From positions 7,440,001 to 7,504,000 of the forward strand of contig NC_043021.1 of assembly GCF_006345805.1 (NCBI RefSeq): a DNA stretch of 64,000 bases. The letters run 5' to 3'. Shown here one piece after another: positions 50,923 through 63,899 of this stretch. Each line of letters opens with the position of its first letter. The first letter of the stretch is position 1. The stretch comes from Octopus sinensis. Its lineage: Eukaryota. The notes under the pieces are model-generated. The model ran no database searches and had not been told where the DNA came from. It saw only the letters and a list, made by a program, of their open reading frames with translations. The translations under genes were made by a program, and so were the position numbers.

Positions 50923-51907
50923 TGTGAAGGCACATGGCTCAGTAGTTAGGGCCAACACTCTAATATAATTGTGAGGTTGTGAGTTCGATTCCTGGACCAG
51001 GTTGTGTGTTGTGTTCTTGAGCAAAATACTTTATTACTTCATGATGCTCCAGCTACTCAGCTGTGGAAATGAGTTGCGACACCACTGGTGTCAAGCTGTT
51101 TCAGCCTTTCCCTTGGACAACATCAGTGGCATGGAGAGGGGAGACTGGTATGCATGGGTGACCGCTGGTCTTCCACAAAACAACCTTGCCTGGACTTGAG
51201 CAAATGATGCTCTTTTGCCCATGAAAAATTATGCCATGAAGTTGTTATTGTTTCATCTACAGATAACTGATAATCTCTGTGTGTGAGTGTGTGTGTGTGC
51301 ATAGATTTGGTGGAACAACCAGGAGAAATAGAGAACCCTGCTGTACTCTTTCACCACAAATTTCTCTCACTCTTTCTTCCTGTTTCTGTTGTACTTGTAT
51401 TTCAAAGTACCAGCCTTGTCACACTGTGTCATGCTGAATCTCCCTGAGAACTACATTAAGGGTACACGTGTCTGTGGAGTGCTCAGCCACTTGCATGTTA
51501 ATCTCATAAGCAGGCTGTCCCAATGATCAGATCAACTGGAACCCTCGTTGTTGTAACCAACAGAGTGCCACAACGAATATAGAATAGTATAGAATGGTAT
51601 AAAAATGCACTGGCAGGTGCAACATAACTGAAATATATCATGGCACACAACCCAGTATGCTTCATATTATTTGCTGAGAATGCTGAAGAAATGGGTTGAC
51701 TATACTACAACTGCCTTGTATAATGATGACAATTGGTTAACTGAAATGAGTGTATGTTTTATAAAGCTTAAGATACCAATTATGTTTTCTGTGTTTATTA
51801 TTACTATATATTCATATATAAAGTATCAGGCAAGTTTTCAGTCATAGACAGAATTAAAAAGACAAAGAAAAGGTAAGGTAGATAAAAATGAAACAAAAAA
51901 TACATAC

Positions 51908-52026
51908 AACAAATTTTCTTTGGCTTGTTCATGAAGAGGATGTTGTTGGTAGTGACCAAACACTTCAAATACCAAGTGTTGACTTTTGATGTAGTCAATA
52001 AAAGACTTGGTGACTGTAACGGTGAA
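51908..52026 (-). CDS. unc-104: unc-104/KIF1A exon ([39 protein letters not shown])
   Basis: tttcag| acceptor, |gtatgt donor, 119 nt, phase 0 to 2. Not in the ORF track. Confidence 0.95.
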
Positions 52027-53549
52027 CTGAAACGGAGAAAGTCAATATGGTTTCGTTAATTAAGTCAGTGTTTCATTAATTAAGTTAATGCAGTGAACCC
52101 ACTAGGAATAATTATGTGTTGAAGAAAAGACAACATTAATTAATGGTAAATGATAATTCAATTGACAAGAGGAGATACATGGGACAGAATGTTTGTCACT
52201 GATGAGGCCATCACAGAATATTTTAATTATTCTGGCAAAGTAATGGGAGACAACTCCAGACAGCTTTCAACCTTGTAAGACTTCTTCAGAATAGTATAGA
52301 TTTAACCATATTTGCTAAATAATGAAGAGAGAATCATTGAATGTATAATATTGTATAATGGGAAGGGAGGAGGGGGAAAATTAACATGTTTTAGAGATTA
52401 AATTACTGAGTCATACCATCATATGGAAGATATTATCCTAAATTTATTGTGGAGTACAATTTTGCAAGGTACTATTTATGTTAATTTCATTTTGTTTTCT
52501 TTCTTATATCTTACAGCAACACTTTTTATGAAGTGTGTATATGTATATCTATGTATGTATATATACATACATATTTATACATCATGGAAGGAAAAGCAGA
52601 GTTGATTGCATGTCTGGAGTAGTGGTCGGGGACCAAGGGAATTCAAGATCACATACACAGAACGATGTCTCTACCAGAGATGTAGGAAGGATAGGAGGAA
52701 GGCAGGTAGGAAGGAAAGAAGGAGAGATAGGGTAATGACACACAGACAACACAGATATAGTTGCTGGCTGAGAAATATTAAAGAATGGACATAGTAGAAG
52801 CTCATGGAAAACGGGTTAGCTGGTTACAAGGAAAGACAGTAAGAGGGAGTTCTATCTCTTCCTGTGCACATTTGGCTTTCCTAGACTGTTATTATCACAA
52901 TTATTATTACATCTGTTTTTCTATGCTGGCATGGGTTAGACAATACTTTTTGAAGCAGATTTTCTACAGCCAGATGCTCTCCTTGTTGCCAACCTGCACC
53001 TGTTTTCCAGTGGTTGTCACATGCTGAAAGTTATGAAGTCACTGAAGCTATGGGACTTTAACTCAAAGAAGAATATGACACAAAGACACCATTTTTGCTC
53101 AGTCGGTGTTAATGAGGACACATGGCAATAACAATGGAAACATCCCCCTCTATCTCTCACACACACATAAGATGAAGCCTTTTCTCTTCAGGCTCTTTTC
53201 TCATACAGTAACCCCTCATCTCCTGGAATAAAGCTGCATCCATTTCTATTGTAGTGCCATCAGTCAAAAGGGATCTTATTCTTGCATGCTGCATAGAAAC
53301 CTCACTGGTGCTGGTGCCATGAAAAACAGCTGCCAGCATACTCTGTAAAATGATGATCTTAGTGGTGCCAAAACAGGCACTGAAGTACAGTGCAGTCTTC
53401 AGACCAATTGAATCCTGTCAAACAATCCAACCCACGGCAGCATGGAAGATTATATAAATATATATATATACACACACACAAAGAAGGAGACAAATAAATA
53501 AATATATATATACACACACACACAAAGAAGGAGACAAATAAATAAATAA

Positions 53550-53593
<44 letters not shown>

Positions 53594-53625
53594 AGAAGGA
53601 GACATATATATATGTATATATACTC

Positions 53626-54189
53626 ATAGTAATGTCTTGATACATAAGTTAATTTGTTCCCGGAGACTGCTCATAAAGTAAAAACTTGTAAAGTAGAGCA
53701 ATAATTTCCCATAGTAACAACGTTATAAATTGTAATTTGTTCCCAGAGAAATATTTTACCTGTAGAATTTATAATACCTGTAAATAAATGGCAATAAAAC
53801 AACAGTACAATGTAAATAATATTTTACGTGAAGTAAAAAGAATGTGAAAATCATTCATAATAAAAAATATTATTATTATTATAATCGTTTTCTGAATCAT
53901 TTTCACTCACACTAGACTCACACACACCATCACTTGTAGACACAAGCACTGCTTCACAAGCTCTTGCAGATAAACTTGTAGATTTCTTCTTAAAAAACAA
54001 GTCTAGAGTTGTTTGCTTAGAAGAAGCCTTTTTTTCACTCTGTATAAATTTCTCAGTAACATGCAGAGGCATTTGTTATGTTAGTAGAAACTTTTGCACT
54101 TCTTTCAAAATTTGGATCTTTTACTTGAAAAATAAAATTCATAAGCCAGGGGTCTCATAAAAAGGTCCTCATAAATTGAGGTGTTTCTG
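53626..54189 (-). mobile_element. Tigger/pogo-like non-autonomous DNA transposon with transposase C-terminal remnant
   Basis: Minus-strand peptide KQTTLDLFFKK (PIP-box-like, typical of pogo/Tigger C-termini); degenerate termini ending in CTG|TA within (TA)n. Confidence 0.55.
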
Positions 54190-54192
54190 TAT

Positions 54193-54292
<100 letters not shown>

Positions 54293-54607
54293 TTATTCTT
54301 GTCTTACCTATAACTTATGAACATAATATATTTGCACATGTACGCCCATGGTTAAATATAAGTAATATACCGGTAGTGTAATGGATACATCTATCCTTTA
54401 GACAATTATTTTAACCTCTAACTTAACTAACCTATATATACATATACATTTAATTATATACTTATATATATATACATATACACATATACATATATTAGAC
54501 AATATGAGATAACAAAGCCAAGGCTGTAAGGAGTTTTCCAGATATTTATAAATGTATATATACACATATGTATATACATACTCTTTTACTCTTGACCAAA
54601 GCCATGC

Positions 54608-54646
<39 letters not shown>

Positions 54647-54700
54647 GTATGTATGTGCACATATATATATATATAAATGTGTGTATATATATACATATAA

Positions 54701-54731
<31 letters not shown>

Positions 54732-56683
54732 CTAGCAGTTAAGCCCAGTTTCACCCGGTCTGTTTTGATGATGTGGCTGTGATCATTTTCGGTTAGACAT
54801 AATCTATAACAGCATTTCTCAACCTTATCATTTCGGGTCCCCCGTTTCGATTGGAGTCTCCAGCTGTCAGCTGTATGAAAATTTCTTCCCCCACTCTTGT
54901 CAGGAAACAGCCTCAGGAGTTGTGAAGAAAGAATTTGTACGTAGTCTGTTTCTGAGAGCTATTGTATTGGACCTCTGTCCAATCATTAAAACATTTATTT
55001 AATTATGAACATAGAAAGAAATCATACATTAATCCCTATTTTTGTAAGCAGCTGTATCCATAAAAATTTTATTTGCAGATAGCAGAAATTGAAAGAAGAT
55101 ATGTGAAATGGACGTGTGTGTGTGTGTGTGTATCTGTGTGGATGTGTGCTTGCGCATGTGTATGTGAGGGAGAAAGAATGTGAGAAAGAGAGATAGAGTG
55201 AGTGAAGTGAAAATATCTTCGCAGAAAAGAGCTTTAGTTGTGAAGAAAGAATTTGTACGTTGTCTGTTTCTGAGAACTATTCTATTGGACTTCTGTCTAA
55301 TCACGTCTTCGAAGGTACACACATATACATAGAAAATGTGAGGTCATAGTAGAACATTTTTACAATAGTTGATTCATGGAAAAGATTATGTGAAATTTTT
55401 GAAATGCAAATCTGTGAATGAAAATGAAGTTTAGATGTCTACATGATAGGTAGACTTGGTAGAAATAGTAGCCAAATCTCCCTCAAAACACCCTACTGTA
55501 TTAATCTGTCAATTTTGCCTATTATGTAGTTTGAATGAGAAACTCTAACTAAAGATCATCATCGAAGATAATTAACCCCACAAAGAGGTGAAAGAAGAGA
55601 GACAGCATAGAGTTTTGGCTGACTGTCATCCTGCAGTTCCCTTGTTGCTAGCAGACTAGTATATGGTGGCTGTGTGAGCAACTGGTTGTTTTAATGGGGG
55701 AAGAAAGAGGGGAAGAAGTTTTAATCAATTTTCTCGGTAAGTACAGGTACTAGGAAAAAAATAGAAAAGGCATTAAGAAGTTGACGTTAAGAATTGCTTT
55801 AACAGTTAGAAAATGTTTGACATTTCAATCATCATATTATCTGTCTGTAAGAATTTACAGGGAAATTGTATGTAAGAAGTAAAGCAGAAATGGTTTTTAA
55901 CTGTACTGCCAAAGTTCTGCAACTTAATAACTGACATATCCAATTTAAGAAAAGTGAAGATAAAAGGTAAAGTAGATAAGTATGTAAGTCGTTGTTAGAC
56001 GTTTATAGAAAAAATAGACACGTACCTTTCTAGAGAACAACAATTGGGGTAGAGGTATTGTATTGGACGTCTGTGTAATCAGAGAGCAGAAATTGAAAGA
56101 ATATATATGAAATGGACACGAGTGTGTGTGTGTATGTGTGTGTTTTCCGGCTACTTCGGCGGGATTTCTGCAGTCAGCATGAGGTGGTTTGTGTTTATCT
56201 CTGGAGGGGTGGAAAGGGGATCTTTTGAAGTCGTCATGAAAGCGAAAGAGACAGATAGTATGAGTGAAGTTGCTTTGAAGTTGGCGTGAAGCGGAAGAAT
56301 TGATGTGCATGCATGTGTGTGAGAGAGAGAGAGTATGTGTGTGTGTGTGTGTGTGTGTGTTTGATAGGGTGTGCAATATGGGCAAGAGAGTTAACTGAAA
56401 TTTCGTTATTCACTTGTTGTAGTGAGAGAATGTGTGAGTAACAGAGAAAAGGAGAGAGAGGTTATGTATGTTGGTATGTTGGCAGGGGAATTCCATCAGA
56501 AAAGTTTTAATTGATTTTCTTGGTAACTATGGGGGCTAGGAAAAAAAATACAAACTGCATTCCAATCTATGCACCCGTCTCCACATGCATGCCATTTTTC
56601 ATGCGAATCCATCCAGCCGTTTGGCTGTGAACCTCAAGACAAGGAAGAATACAACGCTCACCCATGTCCAATTTATATTATAT

Positions 56684-56735
<52 letters not shown>

Positions 56736-56813
56736 CTTAGTAAGAAGATAAAAAAGAGACAGAAGAGAAGCGTAGAAGTAGGAGGGGAAACATAAATGAA
56801 AACTGTAGCTTAC

Positions 56814-56904
56814 ATTTTGAACATGGTAAAAGCTGAGAGGAAGTTCTTTCCCTGAATTCTTTAAAGGTTCAGTGGAGAAAGCTTCATCGTGTCTATGAAG
56901 AAAG
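56814..56904 (-). CDS. unc-104: unc-104/KIF1A exon ([30 protein letters not shown])
   Basis: ttgcag| acceptor, |gtaagc donor, 91 nt, phase 2 to 0. Confidence 0.96.
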
Positions 56905-57004
56905 CTGCAATGGAAAGGAGAAAAACAGAAATTCAGACAACAAATCAACAAGGTAAAACAAAATGTAATGTTTTTGGCTATATTCCTTTGATCCAACTCA
57001 CTTT

Positions 57005-57440
57005 CATCATTATCATCATCATCCGCTTTCCATGCTAGCATGGGTTGGATGATTTGACTGAGGTCTGGCAAACCAGATGGCTGCACCAGGTTCCAATCTG
57101 ATCTAGCAGAGTTTCTACGGCTCGATGCCCTTCCTAATGCCAACCACTCCGAGAGTGTAGTGGGTGCTTTTACGTGTCACTGGCACGGGGGACAGTCAGG
57201 TGGTACTGGCAGCGGCCATGCTCAAATGGTGCTTTTTATGTGCCACTGGCACTGGCAATGACCTCGTTCGAATTTTTTTTCACGTGCCACCAGCACAAGT
57301 GCCAGTAAGGCGACATAGGTAACGATCACACTCGAATGGTGCTTTTTACATGCCATCAGCACAGAGGCCAGCTTGTTGCTCTGGCAATGATCATGCTCAT
57401 ATGGTAATCTTAGCCCTCCACTAGCACAGATGCCAGTCAT
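57005..57440 (-). mobile_element. Family B element with several internal GTGCTTTTTACGTGCCAC units
   Basis: Direct alignment with the other copies. Confidence 0.85.
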
Positions 57441-57670
57441 CGAATTTTATTTCAATTTCAGTAATAATTATTTCAAATTTTGGTGACAGCTCATGCCAGT
57501 TTCATCTATGTCCAAACTCACATTTGATAAGTTCCACCTTAATTTCAGTTAGGGTAATTTTAGCTAAATCTGATCCCCACCATTAACGATGTCTAACTTC
57601 ACTTTCATGTATGTTCCCATCATCATTTTAACCTTTGTTGTGCAAGAACCACACCAGATTAACCATTAAC

Positions 57671-57891
57671 CCTTTGGATACCAACCTGGCCAAGACTACC
57701 CCAGCTTCTATGATACAACTTGCAGTATAAAGTGATCTAAATTAAAATTTCCATTTTAAAATTTTATGTTAATTTATGTTCCAATCATCAAGTTAGTAAT
57801 GACAAAGATATTTTACTAAATTCTTTGTCTATTTTCAAAATAAGTTGAAATAAATGCCGTGCTGTTTAAAAGGAATATGGTAACATGAGGG
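57671..57891. mobile_element. piggyBac-type MITE, diverged
   Basis: TTAA|CCCTTTGGATACC..GGTAACATGAGGG|TTAA; body resembles the 18138 copy. Confidence 0.75.
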
Positions 57892-59253
57892 TTAAGCAAA
57901 ACAACCACATGTTCAGGGCATCAATGGAAGTGGCGGGGAAGCACCAAAGAAATGGTAAATTGTTTACAGCACAAAAGAAATCACTTTAAACTTGCTAAAT
58001 TAATATTCAAAGGGGTCTATATGATTGGAAATATAATTTCAAAGTGTTTATGATGTCAGAAGAGGACCTGATCAAAGACTTTGCAATTAAAACAAATAGG
58101 ATGATGATGATGATGAGGAGGAGGAGAAAACTTTTCAAGTATAAATAAAGCGGAATTATAGAAAAATAAAACATTATTATCTATCTTATGCGCAGTTAGT
58201 TTTGCTTCATTTTGAAAAATAAAAATTTATTTTATGGTTTATTGTTTATATTTTGAATTAAATATATATAGGGGACATCCAAGAAGACCTGTTCACCACA
58301 ACGGAACTGAGATCCTAAAACCAAAGTGCCATGTAAAAAGCATTGGTAGTAAAAATCACCAGTATACTCTGTAAAGTGGTTGGCATTACGAGGGACATAC
58401 AACCATAGGAACCAAGCCAAAATGGACTATGGAATCTGGTGTGGTCCTGGTCTTGCCAGTTCCTGTCAAGCCATCCAACCCATGCCAGCATGGAAAACAG
58501 ATGTTGAATGTCCATGATTTCCTCTACTCCCTCAAACAATGAAACAACTCAGTGGCAGGACATGATTTCAAGAAAGATTGCAAATTGCAAGCAAACAACA
58601 CCATTTTGTATGAACAGTGATGGTTGTGTTGTTGATCAGTATACAGACACCAAGGCAAGGGTAAGACACAAATACATACACACACACACATACACGGAAG
58701 CAAGCAAACACACACACAAATATACACGCATGCAAGCAAACACACTAATACATGCACACATATGTGTGCATGCAACAGGCCTTTTAAGAAGTTTCTGTCA
58801 ACCAATTTCACTCACAAGGCACTGATCAGCTTGAGGTTCTAGTAAAAAGGTACCAGCTGATAGAGCTTTTTTGTAGTGGGTATGAACCCTAAGGGACATG
58901 CATCCGGGGCAAAGTCGTTAATAGGACATGACTGAGACTGCATTCAGCAAAAAAAAAAAAGAAAATGTTTTAAACAATCGATAACTAATAATAGCCTCAC
59001 TGCTTAAAATGTTCAGTTCTTGCAGTACAAGCAACAGTACCACCACCACTGCCGCCAACAGCTACACTATCAGTTTACAGATGTTATTTAATCTCATTGC
59101 CGTGCAACTTCCCACTTCACAGCCAATAGGAAGTAAATATGATCAATAAACTCATCACATGACAGAAACAGGATTCTTTAAAATGAAAGGCTTGTAATTT
59201 GGGATTGAAACTTGATTTTCAGGTTGGTTAGAGGGGATCTATCTCTCCCTGCT

Positions 59254-59254
<1 letters not shown>

Positions 59255-59337
<83 letters not shown>

Positions 59338-59525
59338 TAATAATAATAATAATAATAATATAATGATAATAATAATAATGATGATGATAATAATAATGAT
59401 AATAATAAAAATAATAATAATAATATAATGATAATATAATAATAATGATGATAATAATAATAATGATGATGATAATAATAATATAATAATAATAATGATA
59501 ATAATAATAATAATGATAATAATAC
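59255..59525. repeat. (TTA)n/(AAT)n/(GAT)n compound microsatellite
   Basis: Read directly from the sequence. Confidence 0.95.
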
Positions 59526-59704
59526 CACTGGCACCAATATCTGCTGATAGATGAGCACAGCAACAAATATAAACAACACAAATAATCTCTCTAGCCCACA
59601 CATTGTATGTATGTATGTATGTGTGTGTGTAGATATATGCATGTTTATAATAACTGCATTTGTGTGTATAAATGCATGTGCACACACATATTTGTGTGTA
59701 TGCG

Positions 59705-59748
<44 letters not shown>

Positions 59749-59785
59749 TACAGCAATGTGTGCATGTGTGTGCTTATATGTGTAT

Positions 59786-59835
<50 letters not shown>

Positions 59836-59853
59836 GTATGTATGTAAATGTAT

Positions 59854-59887
<34 letters not shown>

Positions 59888-60004
59888 GTATGCATGTATG
59901 TATAAATTATATGCATGTGTGTAAGAAAGAGAGACAGACAGACAGACATGCAGACAGACAGAAACAAAGAGAGAGAGAGAGAGAAAGAGAAGAAAGACAC
60001 TCAC

Positions 60005-60179
60005 TTAAATTGGCAGAATATATCAGCATATTCAGGAGAAATACCAGATGCTTTTAAGACTGTGACTCGGAACTGAAATACAGATCCTATTTTCAGGTGT
60101 TCTGGCAATTCCTTGTCTGCAATGTCTGGGAAGTGGTCTGCAGACTCACGAGTATTATCCACATTCACTTTACCTTCCT
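60005..60179 (-). CDS. unc-104: unc-104/KIF1A exon ([42 protein letters not shown])
   Basis: ttctacag| acceptor, |gtgagt donor, 175 nt, phase 1 to 2. Confidence 0.95.
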
Positions 60180-60545
60180 CTGTAGAATGAAAATAACAAA
60201 TATTACAAGTTAATTTAAAAAAAAACAAACAATATTAATATTCAACCCTTTAGATTATCTCAAATTTAATGCTTATTTATTCACATTCTTAAGTGGTTGG
60301 TGCTAGGAAGGTATCCAGTCATAGAAACCAAGCCAAAAGCTAGCCTCTGTTTTCCAAAATGGAGGTGAACACCTTTCTCCATGTGATCGGCTTGAAAAAA
60401 TTGTGAAGACACTAGGATATTTTCCTACTTTTCTTAGCATAAAACCAATGGTAGCTTTAATTCACAAATAAAGGAATTATATCTATCAATGTGGTGTTGA
60501 GCACTCATTCTCATATGTGACATTTATGAATGTATGTATGTATAT

Positions 60546-60619
<74 letters not shown>

Positions 60620-60762
60620 TATATATATATTATATATATATATATATATATACACATACACACATATACTACTAATATAGGATGAATTTTTTTCTCTACA
60701 GAAAAAAATTTCATCAAGAAATGTGGCAGCATATTAAAATACCTTTACGGTTAAAATTATAA

Positions 60763-61079
60763 ACAACTTATAAGTAAGGGCTAAAGAAAATTATTTCAAA
60801 GCCAATATGCTGATAACAGATTATTAATCGTCAATTTCCACATATAATATACTCGCTACAGCAAAGACAGAAGAACTGAAGTTAGGCAAACTGGCCGTTA
60901 GAATTTCTAAAAATTCGTTATCTCTAATTTTTAGAAATTCTAACGGCCAGTTTGCCCGACTTCAGTTCTTCTGTCTTTGCTGTAGCGAGTATATTATATG
61001 TGGAAATTGACGATTTAATAATCTGTTATCAGCATATTGGCTTTGAAATAATTTTCTTTAGCCCTTACTTATAAGTTGT
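60763..61079. mobile_element. 317-bp near-perfect palindrome (foldback/MITE-like)
   Basis: Arms of 153 and 154 bp, 10-nt loop, 2 mismatches and 1 bulge; TA-rich flanks. Confidence 0.85.
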
Positions 61080-61566
61080 ATATACATATATATATATATA
61101 CATGCATGCTTTGTAGTGATTATAAACAAAAGTATATAAGTAAGTGTAGACAATGTGAGCAACACCTGTGTCTTTATATAAAGACACAGACATCACCACT
61201 ACGAAACTGTGCACTCAAGTGGCTCAAATCATTAAAGAATTTGTTGGTTGGTGGAAAGACTGACAGATCAGTCTGTAACATTATACAGTACTAACTTTTT
61301 GTGTTACATATGTAATTTTTAAATTCATCACCTTTGCTAACAACATGAACAAAACCCAACTCACGCACAAACATATTCAAACATATACAAACATGTACAA
61401 ATTATGCAAGTTCTATACATGAAATAAAGTTGCTTAAAGAGAAAATCAGTAGACTTTGTTCAAGGTTAGAAATTTGTCATAGTATTTGAAATATAAAAAT
61501 CATCAGCAGTAAGCTTATGGATAAGATGGTTTATGCTTTTGAACACCATTATACACTCATATCAGT

Positions 61567-61950
61567 GGAGGCGCAATGGCCCAGTGGTTAGGGCAGCGGG
61601 CTTGAGGTCTTAGGATCGCGGTTTTGATTCCCAGACCAGGCGTTGTGAGTGTTTATTGAGCGGAAACACCTAAAGCTCCACGAGGTTCCAGCAGTGGGTG
61701 GTGGTGAACCCTGCTGTACTCTTTCACCACAACTTTCTCTCACTCTTTCTTTTCCTGTTTCTGTTGTACCTGTATTTCAAAGTCCAGCTTTGTCACACTC
61801 TCTGTCACGCTGAATCTCCCCGAGAACTAAGTTAAGGGTACACGTGTCTGTGGAGTGCTCAGCCATTTGCATGTTAATTTCATGAGCACGCTGTTCTGTT
61901 GATTGGATCAACTGGTACCCTCATCATCGTAACCGGCGGAGTGCCAACAA
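61567..61950 (+). mobile_element. tRNA-derived SINE (A box TGGCCCAGTGG, B-box-like GGTTTTGATTCCC)
   Basis: tRNA-like head without a CCA-type 3' arm; 3' body shared with 51315-51570; (CAA)n tail. Confidence 0.85.
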
Positions 61951-62006
61951 CAATACAGGAAATATGTTTTAAAGTCACAACAGTACAACATTGATCAGGA
62001 TAAAGA

Positions 62007-62303
62007 TTGAATAAAGAATTAACTTCATTGAATAAAGAATTAAGTTCGTGGAATAAAGAATTAAGTTCATTGAATAAAGAATTAAGTTCGTTGAATAAAG
62101 AATTAAGTTCGTTGAATAAAGAATTAAGTTCGTTGAATAAAGAATTAACTTCGTTGAATAAAGAATTAAGTTCGTTGAATAAAGAATTAAGTTCGTTGAA
62201 TAAAGAATTAACTTCGTTGAATAAAGAATTAAGTTCGTTGAATAAAGAATTAAGTTCGTTGAATAAAGAATTAAGTTTGTTGAATAAAGAATAAAGTTCG
62301 TTG
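62007..62303. repeat. 21-bp minisatellite TTGAATAAAGAATTAAGTTCG, 14 near-identical copies
   Basis: Units start at 62007 and every 21 bp thereafter. Confidence 0.97.
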
Positions 62304-62311
62304 CTACTCAC

Positions 62312-62441
62312 CAAGCATTTCATTAGAATCTGGATTGGTACCTTCGCCCTCAACGATACGTTCTTCCTCCTGCGGTGGAAGTTCAACAGCTTTCTTCAAA
62401 TTACTGCAATCTTGTGCAAGTTTTGGGCTATACAACTGTTT
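62312..62441 (-). CDS. unc-104: unc-104/KIF1A exon (KQLYSPKLAQDCSNLKKAVELPPQEEERIVEGEGTNPDSNEML); acceptor ambiguous (62441/62435/62427)
   Basis: EERIVEGEG resembles KIF1A EELRIVEGQG. Donor G|GTGAGT is phase 1 and matches the next exon. Confidence 0.85.
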
Positions 62442-63373
62442 CTACCGAAGACAAAGACATAACTACAGCCTGGATAACGTCTTGAGGCTTATGGCAGTGT
62501 CGGTAGCTTCTTGTGCAATGAGACAGAATTGAGCTAACTAAAGTACCCCATCCACCCACCCACCCACTCACTACTTGTATTATCGATGTGGAAATATCTT
62601 ATGAAGGCACTGAATAAATGTTTTTTGATATCAATAATAGACTCTAAAGATTGATCTTTAAAAGTAATTAAAGGTAATTAGTAGAAAAATGAAGGCAAAC
62701 ACTAAAGTGCACACCCCTCAAATGTAAAATGCACAAACATCAACACACACATGTGCACATGCATACAAGTGATTACATCAACCCCCAGTGCATGACTGGT
62801 ACTTTATTTTATCAACTTCAGAAGGATGAAAGGCAAAGTTGACCTCGATGTGATTTGAAATCTGAAAATAAGGTGATGTAACTAAGCAATGCAAGGCACT
62901 TTTATCGACAGTCCACTGCCCTGATGATGACGATGATGATGATGATGATGATAATTTCTTACATAGGCACAAGACCACATATTTGGGAGAAATAGCTAGT
63001 TATAATGACTACCCCCACCTCCTCTACCCCCAGTTCTTGACTGCAACTTTACCAATCCCAGAATGATGAAAAGAAAAGTCAGCAATGGTGGGATTTGAAC
63101 TTAAAGGATAAAGGAGCTGTAACTAAACACCACAAGGCATTTCTGCCAATCTTCCAATTCAGATTTTGGCACAAGGCCTGCAATTTTGAAAGGAAATGGC
63201 TAGACAAGTACACTGCTTCCAGTATATGGCAGGTACTTTATTGTATTGACTCCAAAAGAATGAAAGGAAAAGTTGGCATTGACAGAATCTGAACTCAGAA
63301 TGGAAAGAGCCCAAAGAAATGCCACCAGGCATTTTGTCAAATGCACTAAAAATTCTGCCATCTTGCCACAATT

Positions 63374-63404
<31 letters not shown>

Positions 63405-63899
63405 CAGCAGAAGCAGCAGCAGCAACAGCAGCAGCAGCTCCAAAATCGGGCATAAGACCAGCGATTTTAGGAAGAAGGGTTAGTGAACTACACTGACCCC
63501 TACTCACCAGTCCTCCCCTAGCCCTTATTTTATCCATCTAATGATGATGATTTGGAATTTCAGTAGGTCATGAATTGGTGGGGGATGGAGTCATTAATTT
63601 AACTAAGGCCCTCTCCCCAGATTCTCACTCCTTTCACTCGACTAGTAACTATTTTCTAAACCCCTAAAATGATGAATGACCAAACTAACATAGGCAGAAT
63701 TCAAAAACTGACTTAATACGTGTGCCCTTTTAAAATGACAATATACATGAAAGTTCAAGACAACATACATATTTAACCAATATATTTCTTTAGTTTTAAT
63801 GAATAACAAAATCTAAACCAGTGATTCTCAACCAGGGTCCATATAACCCTTGTGGGGCCCAAATAAGATTTTGCTGTTCTATATTTAAGAGATGAGGAA

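Noticed and set aside
59178-59765. Long ORFs of poly-I/Y/L/N, and similar ORFs at 10052, 14226 (5' part), 15788, 21343 and 42037
   Set aside because: They are translations of microsatellites or GA-rich tracts.
61567-61640. tRNA gene
   Set aside because: It has A/B boxes but continues into a SINE body with no acceptor-stem 3' strand, so it is a SINE head.
62007-62303. CRISPR-like array
   Set aside because: Head-to-tail repeats with no unique spacers, in a eukaryotic intron with no cas genes.
61880-62386. 168-aa minus-strand and 95-aa plus-strand ORFs with heptad repeats (NELNSLF / NKELSSL) resembling a coiled coil
   Set aside because: They are translations of the 21-bp minisatellite. The minus ORF is out of frame with the kinesin exon, and the exon frame hits TAG two codons into the intron.
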